From Lingula anatina (lineage: Eukaryota > Animalia > Brachiopoda): DNA of 64,000 bases. Under the pieces are notes generated by a model, which was not told the DNA's origin, searched no databases, and saw only the letters and a list, made by a program, of their open reading frames with translations. Location: contig CM120640.1 of NCBI GenBank assembly GCA_051362555.1, forward strand, positions 64,892,788 to 64,956,787, written 5' to 3'. This document shows positions 49,601-60,776 of this stretch, in pieces. How positions within the stretch are numbered: position 1 is the stretch's first letter; each line of letters opens with the position of its first letter. A program made the translations under genes and the position numbers.

Positions 49601-51498
49601 CCCTTGAATTATGTAAATGTTAATTTGGATTGTTTGAAAACTATGGCATCATAAAAGGCAGTTTGGAGTTTAAGAACTTTGCTGTGTCGGTTTTTGCTCT
49701 TAACACGTCTGTGTAAATGCTGTTTCATCCAATATACGTTTGATTAGGGGCATTTTTCCCTGTCCATTTTTTTCACACTGCATCTCATTGAAATAAGTGT
49801 CTATGTTAGAATAAGCTGCAGTCCTTTTTCCAGCTGGTTTAAACGTTTTTTTTTTAGTTTAGAAATTTAAAAGTTGAACATTGCACCTCTCCTCCCCTTT
49901 CCATGCAAGCCTTCCCTAATCATTCCCAACGCTCCGGTGTTGACTGTTTAAATAAAAAAATTGGTTGATATAAGGGGCTGTGTAGAGTAACTTAATGATT
50001 TGCAAATCCTAGCTGAAACTAATCTTTCGGTTTTATATCTAAAATTCCCACGTTTAGTGTATTGCACTGTTATCTACTGTATGCTATTAGTGATACATAC
50101 TATTTGACTGAGTGGTCCAAACCTTTTGTGTGTCAGTTGAATTGTAGATTGTGAAATGCATAAGGCTTGGTTTTCAATGCAAAACTTCCAGGAGGCTGGC
50201 ATACAGTATGTAATGCTTTACTACACGTGTGTTGTGAATGACCGGTTACATATATCTTATTATCTCCATGGATGCAGGGGACTGCAACATAATTTTCCAT
50301 TATCATCATTTTGTGTTTTGTGCACACATGTACCTAGATTCTATCTGGTCAATAGCTTACGATGTTCTTATTCGACCCAACTATCTTGCCATCCATGATA
50401 GTTGTCTGTGTTGTCTGTACATAGTTTTGATACAGGTTTCAGTATTGTTTATTCAGTGCTCAAGTCACCCATATTGAGACTACATGCAATGCTTTTTTTG
50501 AGCATATCTGTAACATATTGAATGAGAACGTTACTATGTGCTATCAAAATAAGACAGCCAACCTTTGGAATTAGTGAAATATTCCATGTAACATTACACG
50601 CACAGTCTTATAAAATAACATTATAAAGAAATGAATTGACACCTTTACGACTATAATTACATGGATTTAATAAATTTTATATATCAGGTCTACAAAAACT
50701 GCAAAGGCACAAAAACCGAAGCGAGAGTTTATATGTTTTGGAATAACACATATCGAACCGTGAACCCGTAATATAAAAAAAGCGTATTGATACGCTATAT
50801 TGTGGTACAATTAATTTATTTAGAAATATACCAAATTAAATATTGAGCACCTCAGGGCACAGCAGTTCGTTGCATGAAGTGTGTATGTGCACTGCTGGTT
50901 GTCTCATGAAATGATATCCATCATTATATGCTACGTACATTATAGTACTCTTAGTAACAGAGTCTCCCGAGAGCCATCTCTCATTAATTTTTGCACAAAA
51001 CACCTGTCGATATAGCTTCAGAACTTAACCGGAACAGTGTATGTTATAGATTTTGGAAGTGCTCTTAGTTCTTGTTCATTTGGAGTCTCTTGACAGTCAT
51101 TTTTTGTACCAGATTCTTGTCAAAATGGCTTTTCTGTCGGATCTCATAAAGGTGTATATGTTCTAATAAGTGTCTGTTAATCAACCTTTTACCATCCGTA
51201 CCAACACACCACTGTTACTGACAGCGCGATACCATACGGAGACTGGGAATTACGGTTTCCCATTGGTCACATCAGATTAAATGCTTCTTTTGTACCGGAA
51301 ACAGCAAAGAGGAAAATGTAGAGCAAATGACGACGCTCAGGGGGTCAAAGAGTGAATATGAAGTTCCCTCTGGTAATTTTGAAGCCTATGGAACCTAGTA
51401 GAATATTAATGCATTTACGTGTGCAACATCACTTTGTTTTATCCATATTGTATGGCAAGATGTCGCTTCGCACAGTAAAAGAACAAAATTGTGCAATT

Positions 51499-52476
51499 TT
51501 ACATTCGTTGTTCATTTTCTGCACTTATGCCAGAGACTGGCCGTGCGTCTCCGTTTAAGCTTACAGACAAAATCTTTGGTTCGTTTGGATCAATTCTCTC
51601 AAACACCAAGTCATTTGTTTCCTTGAATTTTGACTTTTTTCTTGGCCTGATCTTTGAATAAGAGTAATAAAGCATGAAATTACTGACGATAATAGGGATA
51701 GTCAAGGCCAATAGCAGCACCCCAAAGAACGCCGTCACCGAGCCCACGATGTACCCGGGTGGAGAGGAGGGATAGGTATCTCCGTATCCTACTGTGGTCA
51801 GGGTGATAATGGCCCACCATAACGTTGACGGTATGTCTGGAAACTTGCTGTCAGGGTTATCGATGTGGTCAGCATAGTACATGAGCGAAGAAAACACTAG
51901 CATAGTAATCAACAGGATAACCACCGTGAGGGCAACCTCTGGGACGCTCTGCTTCAGGGAGTAGAGGATCACTTTCATTCCTGTGTACGATTTTGCGAGG
52001 CGAAACACACGAAAAATGCGGGCAATTTGTAGAATATGGACAAACTCAAAAACCGAATTTTCAAACATTGTTGCAGTGGGGTTAACAATATAAAACCCAA
52101 ATTCCAAAAAGAAAGGTAACACGGCCAAAATGTCTATAATGTTAAGCGGATGCATGAAAAATCGGCATTTCTCAGGACAGAATATGAATCGCACGATCAG
52201 TTCCAATGTGAAAAAAGCTGCACATACGAAATTGATCACCTTGACGCTAGGGTGCTGGAGAGCAAATGCATGATTGGCTTCTTCGATGGAAGTCTCGTTC
52301 ACCATGCGCCAGTAGTCCCCCCTGAGCTTATGGAAAGTCTCGTTGTCAACTCCGAACAGGAGCAATTCCTCTGCCCAAAGTGGGTCATTGGGATACACCT
52401 CCAGGGCAGGGTTTTGGTGCAAAATAAAGGTCACAATGGACAGTATCACAAAGAAAAGCGACGTGAAAGTGTACAC
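51499..52476 (-). CDS. Shaw/Kv3-family K+ channel paralog C, exon 2
   Basis: ttccag|GTG TAC ACT...; S4 ILQIARIFRVFRLAK, pore TTVGYGD, S6 LALTIPIIVSNFMLYYS; about 491 aa total. Confidence 0.95.
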   Translation of the reverse strand: MYTFTSLFFVILSIVTFILHQNPALEVYPNDPLWAEELLLFGVDNETFHKLRGDYWRMVNETSIEEANHAFALQHPSVKVINFVCAAFFTLELIVRFIFCPEKCRFFMHPLNIIDILAVLPFFLEFGFYIVNPTATMFENSVFEFVHILQIARIFRVFRLAKSYTGMKVILYSLKQSVPEVALTVVILLITMLVFSSLMYYADHIDNPDSKFPDIPSTLWWAIITLTTVGYGDTYPSSPPGYIVGSVTAFFGVLLLALTIPIIVSNFMLYYSYSKIRPRKKSKFKETNDLVFERIDPNEPKILSVSLNGDARPVSGISAENEQRM

Positions 52477-52647
52477 CTGGAATCGAACAGTATACATTTA
52501 TAAAAATACATTTCTTTTTAAAATATATTCTTGATTTTACATCCACCAAATAAGTAAGGGAATCAAATAAAAGTTGAATTATTAATTGCAAAATTGCAAT
52601 AAATTTTTTGTTCATATATGTAGCATCAGCAGTATAAATATACACAC

Positions 52648-53145
52648 CTTCGAATACACAGATGAGGTAGGGTTTTCTAGGCCTCTCCAGATGATCTTTC
52701 TCGTCCTCTCCCACTTAGAACTAAGACTGTCAATTTCAACTACCTCTTTAGACAAAAAAGAGTCAAATTTAAGTAGGGCGTCTTTTTTCTCTCTGTACTC
52801 GGAGTAGTTTGCCCAACAGCAGTCTGCTATCTCGTCGTCGCTTATTCCCCAAAAATCTAGCTCTATTTTCACAATGGGAGCACAGTATTCCAGAGGAAGA
52901 TGGAGTTCCCCTGTGCGATAGTAGTTCAGAATCGACACAAACAAACCAGGATGGCGGTCAAAATAGTAATCATCTTTTTCTGGTCGATAGTAGCGTTTGA
53001 GTTCTTCCATTTTGGGCAGAACCGATCCCTTCTTGCCTCTAAATATACTCCAACTGGCCTCGTGCATCCTACCGCCAACGTTGAAACGCAGCGTTTCAGT
53101 GCTCGTCCCTGCATCGGTTTCCATTAATATGTTGTTGTTGTTCAT
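52648..53145 (-). CDS. Shaw/Kv3-family K+ channel paralog C, exon 1 (T1 domain)
   Basis: LRFNVGG...YYFDRHP...YYRTGELHLPLEYC...DCCW; ends YSK|gtgtgt, phase 0; 171-bp intron. Confidence 0.94.
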
Positions 53146-56100
53146 TGTGGCGTAGAACAGTTCTCTATAACTGCTGGTTGAGCGTGTTATTTCCTTATCT
53201 TTATCAACCTGCAGCTGTTACCGCGTTTGCTGGCGGTGTCGTCATTAAATTGTATCTTGTATTCAGTAGAAGAGGGAGCCCACTGATATTCCGACGGTAG
53301 TTGACTCAAATAAGCCTGAGCTGGACCGGTGATCGATTATCATTCGTAGTCATCATTAACACAAGGTGGTGAAATGAATACCATGAACATTTTAAGAGAT
53401 TGGGCATAAATCACTGCAGGATTATTCATTTCAAAATTTATTAGATTATAGCCCTTATATTAGGTAATCTACCGAAACTAAAGATGTATTGCAATCCTAC
53501 GAATTTCTGGAATCCGCAATAGTTGTCAGTGAAGGACACGAAAAAAAATTTACCTTATTTAATAAGCCTGGACCTCTCTTTTTTTCATATTTAGTTAATA
53601 ATTCAATATACAGTATTCTAGGTTGGTTGTTTTTCCCAATTTCAAGGTTTAGTAAAGTTGTGTCCCATCGTAAAATCGTAATAGCCTGTTCCTGTAGCAT
53701 AAACGTAGATACTGGTATAAGTGTTGATGGCAACATGCAGGCATTGATTGACGATTTAATATAAAAGACAGGAATGGGACATGTACTGTAGCGAGTCCAA
53801 ATAAATACAAAAATAGATTTGATGTTTTCTCTTACAGACAAGAAAGCCGTCATGATGTTTCTTTCCCTTTGCAGTTGGACGACTTCAATCTGTGTGATTT
53901 ATTAGAGGAAATGCTCAATCATAGTATATATGCCTCGGAATGGCATGTACAATTTGCTATATTGCGGTTAATCATATAAATTGAAGATGCTAAGTAACAA
54001 CAAAAATAATTTACTATATATCCCCACATATCAATGATGACTGATTGAGCATTAGTGTTTTTAATCGATGCTTTTTTCGGTAATAGGCCCCCTGATGGTA
54101 ATTTTCAGAAAGTCGAAATAACGTGCGCTGCTAAATCCCTCTGTAATTTATGGACTTCCTAGAAAATGAACGGTTATATACTATGCATTCATCAAAGTCA
54201 TTGTTTTGGATTCAATTTTACATTTCTCATTGTAATGAGCAACACTAAAAAAAGTCACAACATCAGCACAGGTGTTTGATAAGTCTTGTGCATGTAGGCG
54301 TCTAACAACGTCAATGCTAAAAGTCAGCATGTATAATATATGTGCAGGTGTGTTATTTGGTAAAGGTTAAAGTATTTTATGTGTCTCATATGCCAATGGA
54401 ATATGGTTGTCCTAATTTCTCTTGGTTTTGTTTGATGAGTGAACTTATAAATAAAAGTAATGCCTCCCTTACGTAGGCTACTGTAATAAACAACTTGCCT
54501 CACCATTAAATAATGATTTAATGATAAGCTAGCATCAATTAGTGTGTCTGATACAAAGTCTGATCATGATTAATTCAAAGAAGCTTCTGAAATACAACTG
54601 TTTTGATGAGATGTCCTTAGTCGAACAATTTTTGGTAGATTAAAAACTATTGACTATCCTATTACGTCTGTCTTCAAAGTAAACACGCAATGTGCGCTTA
54701 GTTTTATCCCGTGTAAGGTCGTGAAACAGTAAATAAATAAATAGACTGTGGCTTAAAACGCATGATTGCCTTTAAATAAGTTTTTTCCGGGAGATCATCA
54801 GTGTGACTGGTATTTCAGCACATTATAAACAATTTGAATACCATTTTAGAATGCTGTCAGTTAAAGTGGAATGCATTGGAATTTCATATATGTGCCAAAA
54901 CAGGAATTCCTGACATGTAAAAGCCAAATGAACTAAAGGCAATTTGTTGATTTCTACATTTGAAGTAACATACCCGTTTTATATGCTTTAGACACATGTT
55001 GTGTCTGTGAAGGCTGCAAAACTGCACTTCCTGCTTAACTCTACAGAGAACAGAAGATCAGATATTTGATAGTTAGTTTCCGTTTGGCATGATGTACACG
55101 AGAGAGGATAAACCGGTGTGTTTGAAATATTATCAGTACAGTGGCACAGCGCTCTTACCGGCCATTTATACTCAGCTATTAACTGCGTTCCCACTTAAGC
55201 AAATAGTCTAAATTATCTTAGGAATTAGCCAAAGCCTCGTTTGTTCAGTCATTTATACTGTGTGGAGAAACTTTGCAATGGGCGAGAGAGCGCTACTGAA
55301 CAATGCTCAACTAAAGCAGTACACAAAAGTGTAAAGTGTATTAGAAGATTGCGCTAGAGATGCTGCCCTAGCGTATAGCACACAGCTGACTTAGTGTAAT
55401 ACGCTACAGTGTGACAGTGCCATTTTTTTAGCCCGTTAGGTAACGTTTAAGTTATGACATTGACGTTTATTCGAAATGCAATTCACTTTTGGTTTGAGCA
55501 ACACTTTAATATAGTTCTTTTGGGGTTACATCATAGTAATATCTGGTAGTATATTTATACCGCAGATTACAAAACGTTGGAATACGTTTTCCAAACACTT
55601 ATCAAGCGTTATGCATACGTTAAACACGCTAATCGATCGTTACAAATACGTTCAATACGTTACTAGTTCGCAACCACTGTATTACACAACCTCTTTTAGA
55701 CTGGGTTCCCAACCCTAGATCGATCCATCTGGATCAATATATGTCCCTGGGGAGTCTCACTAAATTGCTATCAACTTAACTGGCTTAAATGTCTGTCACG
55801 CCTAGTAAAGCTATTAGGGGTAATAAGCTTTACCCACTACTGCAGCTGATTCGGTAGGCGTAGTAAAACTGTTAGGAGGTAATTATCTTTACCCCCTAGC
55901 TGATTCGTGACAGACATTTAAGCCGGTGTAACATGAAAATCTGACTCCCATGAAAATGTGACTCCCCAGTCAGATTTTCATTATGAAAATGTGACTCCCC
56001 AGTCAGATTTTCATAATGACAATGTGACTCCCCCCATGAAAATTTGACTCCCCCTCCACAAAACTTCATATATCTTATTTTATTTGAGTATATGACTGTA

Positions 56101-56592
56101 ATCTTGTAGTATGTAAAAGGAGGATAGATTGGCACATTTTTTTGTAGTTTGCAGTGAAAATTTTAATGAAAAAATAAGAAAATTAAAAATGAGCACATAA
56201 TGAAAATCTGACTCCCCCATGAAAATTTGACTCCCCCATCATAAAACTTCATAAATCTTATTTTATTTTGAGTATATGTCTCTGATCTTGTAGTATGTAA
56301 AATGGAGGATACATTGGCACATTTTTTGTAGTTTGCAGTAAAAATTTTAATGAAAAAATAAGAAAATTAAAAATTTGCACATAATGAAAATCTGACTCCC
56401 CCTCCACAAAACTTCATAAAACTTATTTTATTTTGAGTATATGTCTGTGATCTTGTAGAATGTAAAATGGAGGATACATTGGCACATTTTTTTGTAGTTT
56501 GAAGGTGAAAATTTTAATGAAAATATAAGAAAATTAAAAATTTGCACATAATGAAAATCTGATTCCCCCATGAAAATTTGACTGCCCCTCCA

Positions 56593-57885
56593 CTGCTGGT
56601 AAAGCATTTGAACCACATGCACTGAATTTTCGCCTCCGGAGCAGCATATTCATTATGGTGTGGGGCTGCATCAGCATCCATGGCGTGGGCGAATTGAAAG
56701 TGGTTGATGGAAACATGAATCACTAGAAATATATCGATGTTTTGGAGTCAGGCTTGCTACCATCTATTACTAACATGTTAGGTGACAGGAATTATCCATT
56801 TGTTCACCAGGATGACAATGCTCCTTGTCACAGGCCCAGAGCAGTTGATGATTGGTTTGACCAACAGGACATTCGCAGGGTGATGTGGCCTGCCCAGAGT
56901 AGGGAAGCAAACATAATAGAAAATGTGTGGAATGATATGTCAAAACTTTTGACAAATGTCCGTCTAACCAACAGAGAAACTCTGTTATATTATATTGACA
57001 CCTTATCAACCCTTGCTAAACTACGTCTTAGTGACCATAAACTCCACATCGAAACTGGGCGGCACACCAGGCCAAAAACTGAAAGGTGCGACAGAATCTG
57101 TCGCCTGTGCACACAAGGGGTAATTGAGGATGAATACCATTTTATATTCCAATGCCCAATGTACAAAACAGACCGAGTCACCTTTTTCAGTAAAACCTCA
57201 TTCCTAAAAGCTGATTCAAGGCCACCAGACAGTCAATTATGCCATGTATTTAACAGTGCCAACAAAGATACTTTAGTGTCCCTCTCCAACTTTATAATCA
57301 AATCATTTAAGAAAAGAAGTGAAGTGGTTGCTCTGCTTGGTAACTCTTAGCATATCCCTTAAAATGTCAGTGTATGGTCCCACTGTTGTGAGAAGTGACT
57401 CGGCAGTGGGACTGAACATGGCACAATATTTATATCTGTGTAACTTATTTACTTATATGTCTTATGTAATTGTCATTAATCGTAATTATCAATGTCATCA
57501 AACAGCCATGTAAACAGCTATGTAACGGTGGTTTTAAGTTCTTTAAAAACATATTCTTTTTGTGTAACATGTTTATAGTATGTTTATGGTAAATCTATAA
57601 TCACACCAAGGTTTATCTCATTGCTTAGATAGAATATTTTATGAGTAATTTTACTAGTACTTATCTTCATTATATAAAGATGGTAATACACTAACTGTAT
57701 TGTATCATCATTTGTATATCATATTGTACAAGGTCATGACAATCTATGTACCAGTACAGAAATGAATTGAATTGAATTGAATATATTCAGTGTTTCATGC
57801 TTGGGCCAGCATTAGCCCTGAACGCAACAGACAATTATATGAATCCTTGCCTCGTAGACTGGCACCTATTATTAGGTCACGTGGC
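56593..57885 (+). pseudogene. Tc1 (DD34E) transposase C-terminal fragment, interrupted by a LINE
   Basis: IMVWGCISIHGVGEL...(TAG)...QDDNAPCH-..-WPAQSREANIIENVW, with 34 residues between D and E. Resumes after the LINE as FHAWASISPERNRQLYESLPRRLAPIIRSRG. Confidence 0.88.
56997..57781 (+). mobile_element. 5'-truncated non-LTR retrotransposon 3' end
   Basis: LAKLRLSDHKLHIETGRH...RICRLC...EDEYHFIFQCPMY (ORF2 C-terminal Cys/His domain), then 3' UTR and a (TTGAA)n tail. TATATT duplicated at 56991-56996 and 57782-57787. Confidence 0.85.
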
Positions 57886-58803
57886 ATTTTACATGCTACA
57901 GGATCACTGTCATATACTCAAAATAAAATAAGATTTATGAAGTTTTGTTGCGGGGGATTCAAATTTTCATAGGTGAGTCAGATTTTCATTATGTGCACAT
58001 TTTTAATTTTCTCATTTTTTCATTAAATTTTTCACTGCAAACTACAAAAAATGTGCCAATGTATCAACCATTTTACATGCTACAGGATCACAGTCATATA
58101 CTCAAAATAAAATAAGATTTATGAAGTTTTGTGGAGGGGGAGTCAAATTTTCATGGGGGAGTCAGATTTTCATTATGTGCTCATTTTTAATTTTTTTATT
58201 TGTTCATTAAAATTCTCACTGCAAACTACAAAAAATGTGCCAATGTATCAACCATTTTACATACTACAAGATCACAGTCATATACTAAATTAATTAGAGA
58301 TTAATGAATGTTTTTTTGTAGGGGAGTCAAATTTTCATAGGGGAACCACATTTTCATTATGTGCACATTTTTAATTTTTCTTTTTTTTATGAAAATTTTC
58401 ACCTGCAAACTACAAAAAAGTGCCTATGTATCATCCATTATGCATACTACAAAATCATAGTCATTTACTCAAATAAAATGAGATTAATGAATGTTTTTTT
58501 GGGGGGAGTCAAAATTTCATAGGGGGAGTCAGATTTTCATTATGAAAATCTGACTGGGGAGTCAGATTTTCATGATGAAAATCTGACTGGGGAGTCACAT
58601 TTTAGGGGAGTCAGATTTTCATGGTACACCGGTTAAGTTGATACCAATTTAGTGAGACTGCCCAGGGAGATATATCGATCCAGATGGATCGATCTAGGGA
58701 TGGGAATTCAGTCTTAAAGAGGTTGCGTTAGATAGATCGATCCAAATATCTGTGGGAATGGTCCCTTAAATTTCTTTTTTTCAAAGCAACTGGAAAGACC
58801 GTA

Positions 58804-59185
58804 ATGTATTGTGTCGTGCTGTGATGTATTATACTGAATTGCATTAAACTGTAGTAAACAAATCCTGGATATTTTATCTGTTCACGCTGCATTGTTTTAT
58901 TTACAACCTTTTGGCTGTAATACACAACTGAATAACCGGACATCGTACGCATGCATTAGACAAGACCGTCGAAACACCCGTCATCGTCATTCCATGTATT
59001 GTGCCGTGCTGTGATGTATTATACTGAATTGCATTAAACTGTAGTAAACAAATCCTGGATATTTTATCTGTTCACGCTGCATTGTTTTATTTACAACCTT
59101 TTGGCTGTAATACACAACTGAATAACCGGACATCGTACGCATGCATTAAACAAGACCGTCGAAACACCCGTCATCGTCATTCCAT
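58804..59185. repeat. Near-identical 190-bp tandem duplication covering the stop codon and poly(A) signal of the CRD gene
   Basis: ATGTATTGTG.CGTGCTGTGATG starts at 58804 and 58994; only a couple of substitutions between copies. Confidence 0.92.
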
Positions 59186-60068
59186 TGTTCACAGCGGAGC
59201 TGCGAGGGCCACATGAATCCAAATTTATTCATAAGAGTTGAACAACCTGTAAAATAAAGGCAATTGGTAAATCTCAGTTACTGAATAATTAAATTATCAA
59301 AGGTGCCCTCTCTACGAATATGACTCAATTTTAAAGTAGTCCTTCAGCATGATTTAAAATTGTTATTCTACAGGAAGAGAAACTGGGGTTTACTATTTTT
59401 TAAAGAATATTTTACAAATCTAAGAGATCGCTTCAAACTCAAAAACAAGGAACTAATAGTACCAATTATCCAATCACATGAACTTAGCTACATGTACATA
59501 TCAACCCTCTGGCACAGCAATCGTATAATAGTGAATCGTACATTCATTATTGCAGTAGATTCATCCATCTAAAAACCTTTACCCTTGTATGCCTCCTCAC
59601 ACAGACGCCTTCACGGCGGAACGAGCGGGGCCTCTTGATTCGTCCCACACATCGGCGCATATACAGCACAAAGATAAGGACGCAAAGCCGGGGAACATTT
59701 TACCCGAACCAATGGGTAGAACATATGGACTTCTAAACCCGCCTCAAGCTGGGATGCATGGTTGAGAAAATTTGGCAAGGTCGTCGTGTTATACCTAAAA
59801 AGTTCGAGTTAAACGATTTGAAACCAATTTGCTGCCAGTGGCAGACTGGTGCCATCGCTTGGAATTTCGCGTACTGACTTATGAGTATACGAAGCTTATC
59901 TTTTTTCTTCAAAAAGAACCTGTCTACCCACCCTAGTTGGTTGCCTAGTCTTGCGTCCAAACACATGGGAATAGTGACTGGCTGACACGTCGATTCCACC
60001 TCAAACACCGTCAACAAAATCAACAAAACACTGAGCAATAAGTTGCTCACAGGCAGCATGGTGACCAT
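59146..60068 (-). pseudogene. Secreted stand-alone Frizzled cysteine-rich-domain protein (Fz1/2/7-like CRD), 3 exons, 149 codons, one in-frame TGA at conserved Cys6 (pseudogene, null allele, sequencing error or recoded)
   Basis: Exons 60068-59932, 59794-59583 and 59246-59146 splice GT-AG in phase. Product: signal peptide MVTMLPVSNLLLSVLLILLTVFEVEST, then [127 protein letters not shown] lies about 55 nt after the stop. Confidence 0.85.
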
Positions 60069-60776
60069 GGGGTCTGTTTTACGAACTCCTCAAGGGTAAA
60101 GTTAGTGCCAAAATGAAGTAGGTCAAACGTTTATGTACAGAGCTCGCGGGATTTCGTTATAGAATGTAACACATATAAGACTACATTAGACATGGTCAAT
60201 TTGAATTGTGCAATAGACTGCAATAAGGTCGCGCGACAAGGTTATTTTCAGTTGCACCCTGGATTACGCACGCTTGCTCCGCAAGGTGTCGCCTGTGGTG
60301 GGGGGGCATCACAGCCCATATGGTTACTGTGGCGAAGGTGACAGGTACTTCCAAACATTTTTTCATAACTGTAATTTTTCCTCATTCTATTCATGAATTT
60401 GATATTTACGGCAATTGAAAATGTGGCACCGGCAAAAGTGAATCTAGGTGCGTTGACAGGCCGCACAGGTGTCCCCAATTAACCGCCGCCAAAGAAGAGA
60501 CGCCAAGCATTAAACAACACAACCTGTAGATACTGGAAATTTGGCGAAAGTTTTACAAGCAACTGAGGTTTTATTAGATTTGGACAGAAATCGAGGGGAA
60601 TGTCCAGTGACATGCCAAACCCCTAAGTTCAAGTCTTGGCCCTTGACACCAGTAACGCACCCCTTAGTCAAGAATCTGAACAAATCAATGTTGGGCAGGT
60701 ATGCTCTGTTTTCTACAGCCGTTTTGTGATTTTATCAACTTGATTGTCAAGTGCCAGACCTTTTGTTCCCAGGTAT

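Larger units (their letters stand above)
55927..58628. mobile_element. Ginger1-like non-autonomous foldback transposon with about 650-750-bp modular inverted arms
   Basis: CCGG|TGTAACATGAAAATCTGACTCCC ... GGGAGTCAGATTTTCATGGTACA|CCGG. A 4-bp CCGG TSD and TGT..ACA termini are Ginger1 hallmarks. Arms are built from small hairpin units and about 3 longer (about 165-185-bp) units. Confidence 0.7.
55684..58728. mobile_element. Palindromic MITE (about 110-bp arms) split by a later insertion
   Basis: Left arm 55687-55800 is the reverse complement of 55906-55926 joined to 58633-58725. Confidence 0.8.

Noticed and set aside
52150-53127. Antisense ORFs overlapping Kv exons (also 28617-29300, 32716-32949, 44577-44855)
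   Set aside because: Shadows of the real minus-strand coding exons.
56742-57350. 202-aa ORF that looks like a novel DDE transposase-zinc finger fusion
   Set aside because: Chance in-frame junction of a LINE 3' fragment inserted in a Tc1 pseudogene: no ATG start, an upstream in-frame TAG, the first catalytic Asp missing, and the TSD and LINE tail visible.
58804-59145. SECIS element for the CRD TGA (ATGAC motifs in the duplicated segment)
   Set aside because: No AA apical motif or GA quartet partner at the right spacing by eye, and the ATGAC motifs lie beyond the first AATAAA.
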